53,784 nt of DNA from Candidatus Thorarchaeota archaeon (GCA_003345595.1 PRDI01000025.1:1-53784), one strand, 5' to 3'. Shown: positions 1 through 10,070, counted from the stretch's first letter. The notes: a model not told the origin generated them from the letters alone. Translations and numbers: made by a program.

Positions 1-586
1 TGTCAAGGAATGCCTTGAAGTAGCAATCCCGAATCTCCTCATTGCCAACCGTGGCGAGTCGGTGTAGACTGAATCCTTGAGGGACTCCAGAGCCCACAAG
101 TGCGCGCTTCTTGAGCTTTGCACGCATGTAGTACTCTTCTGATGCCTTCAAGAAGCCCTCGCCGGAATACCATTTGTCAAACGTTCTCAGAAGCGGCCGA
201 TGCTTGGGAGTGATTTCATCAAACTGGATTTCGAGTCTCTTCTGGCGTAGGAGAGCGGTCTGCAGTTTCGCTTCCTGAATTATGCGCCGAGCACCTTAAG
301 ATCGTTTCTGCCCTCGTGGTACAAGAGGATGCCACCGGCCGACGAAGACCATCGTCGGAATGCCTGTGTATAGGTTCAGCCACCCAAGCAAGGCTTCACT
401 GTTCTCGTCCCTTGCCCGAACCGCCATGTTGCTGGTTTCTCTTCTGACCAAGTCTCTAAACACTCTCTCCAAGTGGGCAAGCGAAGGAGCCTTGTTGCTG
501 AGCGGCGAGTCGCGTCGTACTTCATAGCTCATCCTCGCCAGCTCTGAGAGGTCAGCATCTCCCAACGGCTGAATATCGATCTTCAT
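1..586 (-). pseudogene. GNAT-family acetyltransferase-like gene interrupted by an in-frame TAA; runs off the left edge
   Basis: The ORF MKIDIQPLGDADLSELA...LLGWL...GRWHPLVP stops at TAA 296-298. The same frame stays open to the window edge (GARRIIQEAKLQ...LEIQFDEI...WYSGEGF...EEYYMRAKL...), as expected for a tandem-GNAT protein. Confidence 0.6.
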
Positions 587-820
587 CAGTTGATCACTGT
601 TTCTGGAGTCGGAGGAGGACTGCCATGCTTTCTGCTGATAAGTCTGACCTCAAGCCGCCTTCGGGATTCTGCAATTCATTGACGGAGTCACGGCCGCAGC
701 ACGTGACAACGAACCATCAAAGCGACTTCGAACCTCCTTATTGTTTATATGCTATTGGCGGCAATTGCTAGTCTACTTTGAATCGTTCCCTTTTCGTGCC
801 TTGGGAGGAGAAAAACCCCG

Positions 821-2626
821 ATGGAGTATTGGAGGAAGTCTGTCGGCATATTTGCGACAGTTATCCTGACTTTGCTTGGATTGTGCTCAATGATTGCGAT
901 GCCTGTACTTGGTGACCAATCTGCTGTGTCCCCTGAAAAGGCTCAGGTCATTACTGTGGGTACGACAGAAGGTATCGAAGCCACTCTAGATCCGGCTCTG
1001 GCATACGGTGTTCTTGACAGGGACGTCATTACTTCACTCAGCTCCGGTTTGGTGGATATCGCACCAGGATCGGATGGCCGCGCCGACGACATCGTCCCTG
1101 CTTTGGCAGTCGGCTGGGCCGTGAGCCTCGATGGCAGAGTCTGGGACTTCCAGCTGAGACAAGGTGTGACGTTCGAGAATGGTGAAGCCTTCAACGCATC
1201 GATTGTGAAGTACACATTTGACAGGAACTGCAATCTGACTGGTTCGGGACTAGAAGAGCCGGACGGCCCGCAGGTCAACATGGGCTACAAGTCCATCATA
1301 GAGAACGTCACAGTCACGGGAGAGTACTCTGTCAGATTCTTTCTTCATGCTCCTTTCGCCCCTTTCCTGCAGCTCATGGCATGCGCTGCATCATACATGG
1401 TAGAGCCGGCCTATGCTCCAATGAGCCAACTTGCTACTTACACCGCAGGTGACCCACGCGGGAGTACTTCCTGTGGTCTAGGACCGTATCTGTTGGAGAA
1501 ATGGATTCGTGTCGGAGGTACTGACCAAGAGATCTGGCTGAATAGGAACCCCGCCTACTGGAATGTCAGCGGCGGCTTTGCGGTGACTGAACGCATTATC
1601 GTTAAGATGTACCCCAGCTCTACGTCCCTAGCCGCAGCAATAGCCAGTGGTGATGTCGACGTCGCGTATAGGCAACTGACGTCGCTGCAGATCGATGTTT
1701 TCCGTTCCAACTCTGCTTTCAGAGTCTGGCAGGGTCACGGACCGCTAATCCAGTACATGTGCTTCCAACAGAGGACTCACCCATTCGACCATGTTGAGGT
1801 GAGAGAGGCCATCGCTGCATGCTTCAATAGGACTGAACTCAGTCAGTGGGTGTTCTCGGATACCGTTGAGCCATTGTACAGTATGGTGCCAAACGGAGTC
1901 GCATATCATCAGGATTCATTTGTCAGGTACGGCGAAGCCAACTACACCTATGCAGGGACTATGCTCGCCCAGCTTGGATTCAACGAGAGCCACAAGCTTC
2001 AGGTTGATCTGTGGTATGAGACCTCCGGGTACTATCCATATAGTGAGGAACAGGCTCTGGTATACGAGGCAGACTTGGAGGCTAGCGGGGTCATAGCTGT
2101 CAGCCTTCACACTGCAGCATGGATTGAGTACCGAATGCGCAGAGACAGTGCTGACATGCCCATGTTCGTCTATGGCTGGCACCAGAACTTCGTCGATCCC
2201 GACGATACTGTCAGCCTGCCTTTTGCTGATTGGTTGAACATGGGTTTCAATAGCATATATGGTGGTATTGCGCAACATGATTACTGGATCAAAGGTCGAA
2301 GTGCTACGACTGAAGGTGATCGTTACTCTAACTACAGTGCTCTCCAGGACCTGCAGGCATCTGAGTGCTCAGTGGTTCCACTTTGGCAGAGTCGCAGTAT
2401 TGTCATCGCCAACGTTAGTGTCAGTGGGGTTTCACCGGACATAAGTGACAGACTGTACTCTTGGCGCTTGGAAATGGAGAACAGAACGTCGTCGACCACG
2501 ACAACAGACACCACGTCGATAGTTACTACTCCCGGACCGTGGAATCTTACGACTGTTGTGGTGACATCTGCGTCCATAGCGGTAATCGTGGTATTCAGTG
2601 TCGCAATTATCCGTTCAAGGAGGTAG
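821..2626 (+). CDS. Family-5 (DppA/OppA-like) ABC solute-binding protein, C-terminally membrane-anchored
   Basis: Signal peptide; motifs TLDPA, WDFQLRQGVTFENGEAFNASIVKYTFDR, GLGPY, VREAIA; Thr-rich linker, TM helix and RSRR tail; SD GGAGG upstream. Confidence 0.9.
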   Translation: MEYWRKSVGIFATVILTLLGLCSMIAMPVLGDQSAVSPEKAQVITVGTTEGIEATLDPALAYGVLDRDVITSLSSGLVDIAPGSDGRADDIVPALAVGWAVSLDGRVWDFQLRQGVTFENGEAFNASIVKYTFDRNCNLTGSGLEEPDGPQVNMGYKSIIENVTVTGEYSVRFFLHAPFAPFLQLMACAASYMVEPAYAPMSQLATYTAGDPRGSTSCGLGPYLLEKWIRVGGTDQEIWLNRNPAYWNVSGGFAVTERIIVKMYPSSTSLAAAIASGDVDVAYRQLTSLQIDVFRSNSAFRVWQGHGPLIQYMCFQQRTHPFDHVEVREAIAACFNRTELSQWVFSDTVEPLYSMVPNGVAYHQDSFVRYGEANYTYAGTMLAQLGFNESHKLQVDLWYETSGYYPYSEEQALVYEADLEASGVIAVSLHTAAWIEYRMRRDSADMPMFVYGWHQNFVDPDDTVSLPFADWLNMGFNSIYGGIAQHDYWIKGRSATTEGDRYSNYSALQDLQASECSVVPLWQSRSIVIANVSVSGVSPDISDRLYSWRLEMENRTSSTTTTDTTSIVTTPGPWNLTTVVVTSASIAVIVVFSVAIIRSRR

Positions 2627-2826
2627 AACTAATCGCATCGAAGATGGGCGAGCTCATATAGGAAATGCAGTTTCTGTGGTGGCGGATGGAAAGCCGCTGG
2701 AGGGCAACATCCTTCCAATTCCTCCGGCTGGCAAGACCTATGTCAAAGTGAAGTGAACGATTTCATAGAGCAGCTTGCTAGAATAAGGTAAGAACAAAAA
2801 ACGCGTTGTGCACTTTGCGGGTCTAA

Positions 2827-2867
2827 TAAAGAAAAAAGGAAGGTTGTGATCTACATCAGCAACCTTC
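2827..2867 (-). terminator. Hairpin plus U-tract terminator after the solute-binding gene 2878-4857
   Basis: GAAGGTTG-TGAT-ctac-ATCA-g-CAACCTTC inverted repeat (2839-2867), followed on the minus strand by CTTTTTTCTTTA. Confidence 0.6.
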
Positions 2868-2877
2868 TGTCTCATTC

Positions 2878-4857
2878 TTACTTGCTAGGTCTACGCATAT
2901 ACAGCACAATAACTACAACTACCACTGCGACTGCTGCTACTCCAACTATGAGGAGCGTGTAGTCCGGTGGTTGAGTTGTGGTAACCCCTGTTGCGTTTAA
3001 GGCGAAAACGATCGCAAGCAGATTTGCGTTCTGTGTGGTGCCAGCGAATGGACTGCTCGGTAGCATTGGATTGGTTACACTGTTTGGCCAGCCAGTCCAG
3101 TACGTAGTGCTATAGATTTGCCAGTCAGCGTGTCCTGCCAATGGAATGACAGGCATGGCTTGACCCAGAATCTCTTGCATCTCATTAGCGACAGCCCATT
3201 GTGCGGCAGAGCCAGCAGGATGCGTATCAAGTTCCTCTATATCGTCAATGAATGTCTGGTTATACCAGCCGCCTAGTGGAGCATTTACTCCTCCACCTGC
3301 GCTAGAGCTCTCTGGCGAGAACATCTGGAAGTAGCGTTCATACATGTTCATGTTTATCTGCCCAGACATGACCATGTCGGCAATATCGAACTGGAAATTG
3401 TTCATCCTTACCTGGACGGTACCCCAGCCGCTAATCAGTTCCACTTGTGTCTGTATGTGGAGCAGATTGGAGAATAACTGAGCTGCCACGGCATCCATAG
3501 CATCAACGTCTGTCCACCCTAGGAAGTCTAGGATAGTCCACGGTGCGGTCGTGTTAGATGCATAGTTCCACTCTTGGAGTGGATAGTGCTGGATTGGATC
3601 GCTGGGTGTGACTCCTTGCTTTGTCCACCATACTCCGGTTTCTTCATCGAAGTTGCAGTACGTGTTTAGGATCTCAAGTGCATGGGCTACGTTGTAGGTG
3701 ATTGCGTATTTAGCTTCGATTGTCGTATTCAATAGTGCTCTAGCTGAAGCGTCGTCTGCCGGGATCAGCATAGGGCTGGGTGCCTTCAAGTAGCCGCTAG
3801 AAACGTCACTCATTGCTGAATAGTTCAGCACAGAAGCCATAGCCTTGTGGAGCCAAGTCTGATTCAGCGGGTAGTTCTTATGGTTTGGCACAAGCATGAC
3901 CGGTGACTTGTCTGGGAAATATGGCAAATCATCGAAGTAGGTGACGATGTTCGGGAATTCTGCCTTGACTTCAGTCAATCCTGCAAGATAATTACCATCC
4001 CAGTCGAGATTTCCACCCTCCATAGCAAGAAGTGCAAGGTCGTTACTGGAGTACGATGTGTATCCAAAGTAGTTTGGCTTGGGCAATCTTCCGAAATCTG
4101 TGTCGTCTACACCCCACCAGTTCTGGTTGACCTTACCAATCGTGGTCGTAGCATCATGATAGTACGGTAAGTACATCCCAGATGCGACTCTCCACTTGGC
4201 TGGCACCGCTTCGGTATCCTGCCAGTCATTCGTGTGGGTTGATAGATCGCCAGCATATGTCGAATTGATGTCTTGCCAGACGGCCTTGGGGAATATGAGA
4301 AAGCCATAAGTCAGTTGGCGGTACACCTCGCTGCTTCCTTGGTACAGCGGTAGTATGTGCACCTTCAATACTGTAGCACTCACCTTTTCGAAGGCGGTGC
4401 TGACATTCCCTACTCTTTGTACAAGGGAACCGAGTTGACCGGTCTGCTGAAGAATCCTGAACGAGTAGATGACATCATCCGTTGTAATCGCTGTGGTGTT
4501 GGTGGCGAGGCTGCTGCCTACGGAAGTCCAGTGAAGATCACTCCGTAGTGTTATCTGTATAGTAGTGGTGTTAACCCATTCGATAGTCTTGCCTAGCCAG
4601 CCAATGATTTCTCCTGTTGCTACATTAGTTCCGAACATAGGTTCATACATCAGGTAGGTCGTCCAGCCTTGGTTTGAGCCCATGTTCCATGGTTGGAAGC
4701 TTCCAGGGTTCATGCCGAAACCAGCTCCCCAGACCGTTTCGTTTCTAGGAACGTTCGCTTGGGCGGAAACTGGAATCAGGCTGACACTGGAAAGGGTCAT
4801 TGCAGCTACCATGAACGCAATTGTCATAGTGCATGCAATCTTAGTTAGTCTATTCAT
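2878..4857 (-). CDS. Family-5 ABC solute-binding protein, probably oligosaccharide (cello-/beta-glucoside)-binding subtype, membrane-anchored
   Basis: PRNETVWGAG, VASGMY, NWWG..FG.LPKPNY, SN..ALLAMEGGNLDW, TYF...PYF and YWTGWP resemble the Thermotoga cellobiose-binding protein subclass (from memory). C-terminal TTTQPP linker, TM helix and basic tail. Confidence 0.85.
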   Translation of the reverse strand: MNRLTKIACTMTIAFMVAAMTLSSVSLIPVSAQANVPRNETVWGAGFGMNPGSFQPWNMGSNQGWTTYLMYEPMFGTNVATGEIIGWLGKTIEWVNTTTIQITLRSDLHWTSVGSSLATNTTAITTDDVIYSFRILQQTGQLGSLVQRVGNVSTAFEKVSATVLKVHILPLYQGSSEVYRQLTYGFLIFPKAVWQDINSTYAGDLSTHTNDWQDTEAVPAKWRVASGMYLPYYHDATTTIGKVNQNWWGVDDTDFGRLPKPNYFGYTSYSSNDLALLAMEGGNLDWDGNYLAGLTEVKAEFPNIVTYFDDLPYFPDKSPVMLVPNHKNYPLNQTWLHKAMASVLNYSAMSDVSSGYLKAPSPMLIPADDASARALLNTTIEAKYAITYNVAHALEILNTYCNFDEETGVWWTKQGVTPSDPIQHYPLQEWNYASNTTAPWTILDFLGWTDVDAMDAVAAQLFSNLLHIQTQVELISGWGTVQVRMNNFQFDIADMVMSGQINMNMYERYFQMFSPESSSAGGGVNAPLGGWYNQTFIDDIEELDTHPAGSAAQWAVANEMQEILGQAMPVIPLAGHADWQIYSTTYWTGWPNSVTNPMLPSSPFAGTTQNANLLAIVFALNATGVTTTQPPDYTLLIVGVAAVAVVVVVIVLYMRRPSK

Positions 4858-4875
4858 AGTTCATCTCCTCCTGAA

Positions 4876-4916
4876 TAATCCGCGATTACGTAATACCGCC
4901 TACGGAGTTATTTAAG
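4876..4916 (-). promoter_or_regulatory. Own promoter (TATA-like CTTAAATA) and palindromic operator candidate for the solute-binding gene
   Basis: The minus strand has CTTAAATA at 4909-4916. The palindrome ATTACGTAAT (4885-4894) overlaps TAATC-cgc-GATTA (4876-4888). SD GGAGGAGA precedes ATG 4857. Confidence 0.5.
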
Positions 4917-5087
4917 AGTTGGCCGATTGCTTCCGTTTTTTTTCGTTCGCCGCTACCTTTTGTCGCAAATACTATTGCCCTGCAGCTTCTCAAGTCCGAG
5001 TGTATCTTCAACTAGGATTCAGTGTCAATTCGGATTGGGTGTGAGTCTATACCCAAAGACATGCTCTTACCGAACAGCGGAAAGGGC

Positions 5088-5909
5088 CTAGGAACACTCT
5101 TTCCATCTCTCATAGAGGGTAGGGACGGCTGCAAGGAGTTCTTTTGTGTATGGATGTTGAGGTCTAGTGAAAACCTCATCAACAGGGCCCTGTTCGACTA
5201 CTTCCCCTTGCTTCATCACAATAACCCTCTCCGAAACGTACTGGGCTTGACCGATATCATGAGTTATGAACAACACAGACAGCCCTTTCTCCTTCTTAAG
5301 ACTAAGAAGCAGGTTCAGAACACCGGCGCGTGTGGATGCATCTATCATGCTGGTAGGTTCGTCTGCTATCAGTAGCTGTGAACCGATGAGAAGGGATCTA
5401 CCGATAAGCAACCGCTGCATTTGACCGCCGCTTAGTTCGTGTGGATACCTGCCCAAGACTTCACTAGGATTTAGCCCGATCGACTCGAGTGTCGACCGTA
5501 TGATCTTGCTCCTTTCGTCACGGTTGAGGTTGTCTTCGCGGAGACCAAAAGCCCTCTCTAGGACATGGTCGACTATGTAGAACGGATTGAAGGCTGAGTA
5601 TGGATCCTGAAACACGGCTTGTACTTGCCGGTAGTACTCTCGTATGTTGTATGAATAGATGCTTCTCCCGTTGAGAGCGATGTCGCCAGAGGTCGGCTTA
5701 ATCAATCTGAGGATCATCCTAGCTACGGTCGATTTTCCGCTGCCGCTCTCACCTGCGAGAGAGACGATCTCCCCCCTCTTAATGTCGAAGGTCACGTCTC
5801 TCGCGCCTACGACTGTTTTTGTCCTTATGAGGCCAGAGGTGTATAGCTTTGTCAGTCCTTCACACTTCAAGGCGATACCGTCGTTTCCTGTTTTGGACGT
5901 GTCTTCCAT
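5088..5909 (-). CDS. oppF: Opp/Dpp-type ABC transporter ATPase
   Basis: Walker A GESGSGKST, YPHELSGGQMQR, ADEPT, ITHD, PQHPYTKELL. Start placed at ATG 5909, next to the oppD stop. Confidence 0.92.
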   Translation of the reverse strand: MEDTSKTGNDGIALKCEGLTKLYTSGLIRTKTVVGARDVTFDIKRGEIVSLAGESGSGKSTVARMILRLIKPTSGDIALNGRSIYSYNIREYYRQVQAVFQDPYSAFNPFYIVDHVLERAFGLREDNLNRDERSKIIRSTLESIGLNPSEVLGRYPHELSGGQMQRLLIGRSLLIGSQLLIADEPTSMIDASTRAGVLNLLLSLKKEKGLSVLFITHDIGQAQYVSERVIVMKQGEVVEQGPVDEVFTRPQHPYTKELLAAVPTLYERWKECS

Positions 5910-5910
5910 G

Positions 5911-6921
5911 TTACTCCCCCGATTGTGAAGCCAATAACCAACAAAAAGCCCCACCCATCCTCTCCCCAGTGCGGAACATTGGTGGCTCTTTTGTCTTGCA
6001 GATATCCATAACGTAAGGACATCTTGGATGGAACCTACAGCCGGCCGGAGGATACCTTAGGTCGGGGGGCGATCCAGCGATGCTCTTCAGCTCTCCTTTT
6101 CTCCTTCCTTTTGAGTCATATGATGCGATTGCAGCTGTGAGCAGACGGGAATAGGGATGTAGAGGATCGTTTATTGTTCCCTCCATATCGCCTATTTCAG
6201 CGATCTTCCCCGCATACATGATTATGCATTCACCGCAGAGTTGTCTAAGACTTGTCAAGTCATGAGATATGTACAACATGCTTTCAATGATTCTGGCTCG
6301 TTTAAGATTTAGAAGAGATTCTATCATGCGTTTCTGCGAAGTCACATCGAGAGCAGAAGTTGGTTCATCTATTATGAGGAGCTTGGGATTCCAAAGGGTC
6401 GATATGGCAATCACCACCCTCTGCTTCATTCCTCCACTGAGTTCGTGTGGGTAACGGTCCAGAACCGGCCTGTCCAATCCCAGTGTTTTCATGTGGTTCG
6501 CAGCCATCTCGATAACTTCCTTCTTCCGTTCGCTTGAGAGGACTCTTTTGCTGGTGCGCTGTCCCACGACATCGAAGATGAAGTCCCTTATCCTTTTGAC
6601 TGGGTTTAGAGACTCCATTGAGGACTGAGGCACGTAAGACATCCGTTTGCATTTGATTTCAGTTCTAAGTTCTTCGGAATCTATGTTGTAGATGTCAATT
6701 CCGTCAACGAGGACTCTTCCTCCTTCAAGGTGTAGTAATGGAGGGGGTGTTCCCGAGACAAGTTGGGCGAGTGTGGATTTGCCACCGCCTGATTCGCCTG
6801 CAATACCCAGTATTACGCCGCGGTCCAATGTGAGCGAAACACCGTCAACAGCATGAACGACACCGAACGTACCTCTGTAGTATCCCCTGAGATCTTCGAC
6901 TTCGAGGATATGTTCAGCCAC
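5911..6921 (-). CDS. oppD: Opp/Dpp-type ABC transporter ATPase with C-terminal Cys (Fe-S) motif
   Basis: GESGGGKST, YPHELSGGMKQR, DEPTSALD, PLHPYS, GCRFHPRCP...C...C. Confidence 0.93.
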   Translation of the reverse strand: MAEHILEVEDLRGYYRGTFGVVHAVDGVSLTLDRGVILGIAGESGGGKSTLAQLVSGTPPPLLHLEGGRVLVDGIDIYNIDSEELRTEIKCKRMSYVPQSSMESLNPVKRIRDFIFDVVGQRTSKRVLSSERKKEVIEMAANHMKTLGLDRPVLDRYPHELSGGMKQRVVIAISTLWNPKLLIIDEPTSALDVTSQKRMIESLLNLKRARIIESMLYISHDLTSLRQLCGECIIMYAGKIAEIGDMEGTINDPLHPYSRLLTAAIASYDSKGRRKGELKSIAGSPPDLRYPPAGCRFHPRCPYVMDICKTKEPPMFRTGERMGGAFCWLLASQSGE

Positions 6922-6927
6922 GAGGAA

Positions 6928-7764
6928 TCAGATCTCCCGTAACCTTGGATTGAATACTTCATCCATACCCGCATGAATGACGAAGATGGCTGTCAGTAAT
7001 GCTGTCAACACGATGCCGGGGGGAATGAACCACCACCAGATATTCCACCAGAACGGGACCGTGGTTTCGTGCTGGGCCCAGTAGAGCATATAACCTAGGG
7101 TAATGGTGCGGGTTGTGGACACGCCTATCATGCTGAGTGCTGATTCGGCAAGTATGGATGTGCCGGTCAATATCACGAACACCATCATGATGTAAGCCAG
7201 CATATTCGGCAAAACCTCTGTCACCACAATTTGCACGCTATTTTGCCCCGACATTCGCGCCAGATTTACGAATTCTCTTTCCTTTAGAGTGAGCACTTGC
7301 GATCTTATGCTCCTCGCTGCCCACGGCCAAGAAGTCACGGCTAGTATCACGCCTATCAGAACCAGATTCAGTCCGCGTACGACCGATGCGATAATTATGA
7401 ACAGAGGTATCAGGGGGAGAACCAATGCAAGGTTGGTAGCTAAACTGGAAATCTTATCTGCTAGCCCTCCTCTATACGGACCCACTGCCCCCACTAGGAT
7501 TGCTATCAGTGTACCCAATCCTCCTGCGACCAGACCGACTACCAGTGAATTGCCGATAGCACTGCATAACTGGGTAAACACGTCCTCTCCGAAACTCGTC
7601 GTACCCAAGATGTGCGCAAAGCTGGGAGGCCGACCCATAAGACTCAGGTCCATGTAGTAGGGATCTCCAAGGAGGAAAGGTCCTACTGTTCCAAGCAAGA
7701 TGAGAATTACCAAGACGGCCAAACCAATCATGAACTTCCGGCTTCTCAGTAACAGCTCCCACAT
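6928..7764 (-). CDS. oppC: Opp/Dpp-type ABC permease
   Basis: PPSFAHILGTTSFGEDVF, EAA loop REFVNLARMSG, WWWFIPPG, FNPRLR. ATG 7764 lies 5 nt after GGTGA (alternative start GTG 7773). Confidence 0.92.
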   Translation of the reverse strand: MWELLLRSRKFMIGLAVLVILILLGTVGPFLLGDPYYMDLSLMGRPPSFAHILGTTSFGEDVFTQLCSAIGNSLVVGLVAGGLGTLIAILVGAVGPYRGGLADKISSLATNLALVLPLIPLFIIIASVVRGLNLVLIGVILAVTSWPWAARSIRSQVLTLKEREFVNLARMSGQNSVQIVVTEVLPNMLAYIMMVFVILTGTSILAESALSMIGVSTTRTITLGYMLYWAQHETTVPFWWNIWWWFIPPGIVLTALLTAIFVIHAGMDEVFNPRLREI

Positions 7765-7769
7765 TCCTA

Positions 7770-8885
7770 TCACCCGCGTCCGGTTCGCATGCGGGGGTCT
7801 ATGAACCCGTAGAGAACGTCAATCAGGAAATTGCCAATCACAATAATGACGATTATCACCAGAAAACACCCAAAGATCAATGGGTAGTCGTAGTTGAACA
7901 CGGCGTTATACAGCAGCAAGCCGAGTCCAGGCCAGCCAAAGACGATTTCGATTATCAAGGTCTGCCCGACGATGCCGTTGAACACCATGTTCAGACCAGT
8001 GAATTGCGGGAGGATGGCGTTCCTCTGAGCATAAGACATCAATTTGCTCTTCTTGAAGCCTAACTGCTCGCCGTAGCGTACGTAGCCAGAATCCATTTCG
8101 TGGGTCACCATTGACCTCATGCCTGTAGCCCAGGCGCCCACGTATACGATTAGCAAAGTCAGAAAAGGCAGAATCCAGTGGGCTAACAGCTCGAAGAAAT
8201 AGCTGACGCTCAAGGATGGGATTACACCTAGAGTAGCAGCACCAATAGGGGGAATGCCATGGAACAGCAGTATGTAGATGAATATGATCACCAATCCAAG
8301 CCAAAAGGGCGGCAGCTGGTTGCAGAAAACTAGGATGAAGTAACTTGTTTCATTCAGCTTGCCCCTCATGTACGCGGCCCTTGCGCCAACCCAATTCCCC
8401 ACGAAGAAACTCACAAGAAGCACGGGAATTGCCAAGGACAGTGTGTAGGGCAAGTAGTATAGAACTATGGTTGAAACCTGCACAGGATAAAAGTGGTACG
8501 ATGGTCCTAGATTCCAGCTGAAGAAGTTCCCAAAGAAAATGAAGAACCGCTCCAAGATCGGTTTGTCCAAACCGAAGTACTCCCTCATTCTAGCTGCTAG
8601 TGCCTCGATGTCTGCTCCTGGCGGAGGATTTCCACTTGCCAGCATAACAGCAACGGGATCACCCGGCATCGATTCAATAATGAAAAACACCAACACAAGC
8701 GAGAGAAACACGACAACCAAGTAGAAGCCGGCTTTTGTGGCCAGGAATCTCGCGAAAGAGTTTGTGAGTAGGCTCCTCAACTTGGAGAACATACGAGTAA
8801 GAAAGCGATTCTCCTCAACAGGGGGGGATGAGTTCTCGTTCTTCTCCGGAGAGTTAGTGACTCGCTTCATCTCCTGATTTCCCAC
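7770..8885 (-). CDS. oppB: Opp/Dpp-type ABC permease
   Basis: MPGDP, FGLDKP, NLGPSY, LPYTL, HWILP, EIVFGWPGLG, DYPL, IDPR. Exact start uncertain. Confidence 0.92.
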   Translation of the reverse strand: MGNQEMKRVTNSPEKNENSSPPVEENRFLTRMFSKLRSLLTNSFARFLATKAGFYLVVVFLSLVLVFFIIESMPGDPVAVMLASGNPPPGADIEALAARMREYFGLDKPILERFFIFFGNFFSWNLGPSYHFYPVQVSTIVLYYLPYTLSLAIPVLLVSFFVGNWVGARAAYMRGKLNETSYFILVFCNQLPPFWLGLVIIFIYILLFHGIPPIGAATLGVIPSLSVSYFFELLAHWILPFLTLLIVYVGAWATGMRSMVTHEMDSGYVRYGEQLGFKKSKLMSYAQRNAILPQFTGLNMVFNGIVGQTLIIEIVFGWPGLGLLLYNAVFNYDYPLIFGCFLVIIVIIVIGNFLIDVLYGFIDPRMRTGRG

Positions 8886-9388
8886 TCAATGAGTTTGTCC
8901 TCTGGCAATGCTCCATTAGGCACTGGCAGACCCGGGTCCGTAAGGAACTCGATTGGACAATAATAAACGTTCTCATTCTTTTTCAGTAACTTTGTAGGGC
9001 GATAACTCTGTAGGGCGGTAATTTTGGGAGCTCTACAGGGCGAAGCATTTGCACGACAAAACTCGCAGATATCGCTTGGGAACTCATCACTTGCTTCGGT
9101 AATGCGCGTTCTTTGCCTTTGTTTGTGATCTCATCGAGCCCCCTCTCCACTCTAGGCATAGTACGAGCATTGTTGGATAATGCTGTGCCGTGTTTCGTAT
9201 CAGAGCCGGTCTTCGCGGGGTATGAGAGATTGGTCTGTCTAAATGGCGAAGTCTCGAATCTCACGGCGTGTTCACAGGCATTCCAAGCGTCGGCATACCG
9301 TTGCCTATGTGTGTATCAATCGCCGGGACGCACACCCCTGGCATCATCGAATGCAGCGTCTAGACAAAGCCATGCCGTAGAAAGACCT

Positions 9389-9475
9389 GCATAAACGACA
9401 GAGGCAAGGCCGCATTTGGCCTAGGTTGCGGCTTGCCTGTATGCTTTGGTAGCCGGAGCCAGATGTGGCTCGGCT
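9389..9475. other. Two adjacent GC-rich stem-loops downstream of the HxlR-type gene
   Basis: AGGCAA-g-GCCGCA (9402-9414) pairs with TGCGGC-TTGCCT (9427-9438), extended by GCAT/ATGC. AGCCG-g-AGCCA pairs with TGGCT-CGGCT (9451-9475). Confidence 0.5.
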
Positions 9476-9481
9476 GTCTTC

Positions 9482-9859
9482 CTAGCAGGCGGATGAGCAA
9501 TCCGCCATTGGACGGCGGTTGTTGAAACCGTTCTGTGTCCAACGTTGCATACGGATCACATGCTGGTAGGTTTCATAACCCGCGAGGGTTAGAGCGTACT
9601 CACCGTTCAGAGCAGAGTCCGCGCTAGCAGCTCTGTGTACGAGGCCTGCCTCAACGAGATCCGAAAGGCACTTGGAGAGCGCAGTATCGGCTATCTTCCT
9701 GCTAGTGGCTGATATCATCCTGTCTTGTATCTCATGATATCCGAGGTCGGAGTCACGTTCACCTAGAACAAGAATGAGAGATACAGCCCACGGGTGCCCG
9801 AGCTGAGAGAATATCTCAATCAAGGGCTGAGTTGTATTTGGTTCAGATGATTTGTTCAA
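9482..9859 (-). CDS. HxlR-type winged-helix transcriptional regulator
   Basis: LGHPWAVSLILVL...YHEIQ...I...ALSKCLSDLVEAGLVHR...EYALTLAG. Confidence 0.8.
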   Translation of the reverse strand: MNKSSEPNTTQPLIEIFSQLGHPWAVSLILVLGERDSDLGYHEIQDRMISATSRKIADTALSKCLSDLVEAGLVHRAASADSALNGEYALTLAGYETYQHVIRMQRWTQNGFNNRRPMADCSSAC

Positions 9860-10070
9860 GTTAGTTCGATTCCGGCGTGTATGTTTACGCCCGAACTACA
9901 CATACATATGAGTGGCACCTTATTAAATTATGTCCTCAATCTTCAGATCTTTCTGCATTCCGAGGGACGGATGTTCTTCAGCTAAGTGGGAATCACTGCT
10001 GTTGGAGAGAATGATTTGCCGATGGAGAAAGAATATTACAGAGTCAAGCCGAGCCCATCATGTGGTTCAC

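Noticed and set aside
296-298. Selenocysteine or pyrrolysine recoding
   Set aside because: The interrupting codon is TAA, not TGA or TAG. The other genes end where their families normally end.
9370-9392. Cobalamin riboswitch (AGAAAGACCTGC resembles a B12-box end)
   Set aside because: The upstream core (GGGAA, GCCACTG and similar) is missing, and there is no B12-related gene downstream on that strand.
8983-9542. Short ORFs of 60-93 aa on both strands
   Set aside because: They overlap each other and show no recognisable motifs or convincing SD; likely non-coding.
9860-9880. tRNA fragment (GTTCGATTCC T-loop-like)
   Set aside because: No T-stem, acceptor stem or anticodon arm can be formed around it.
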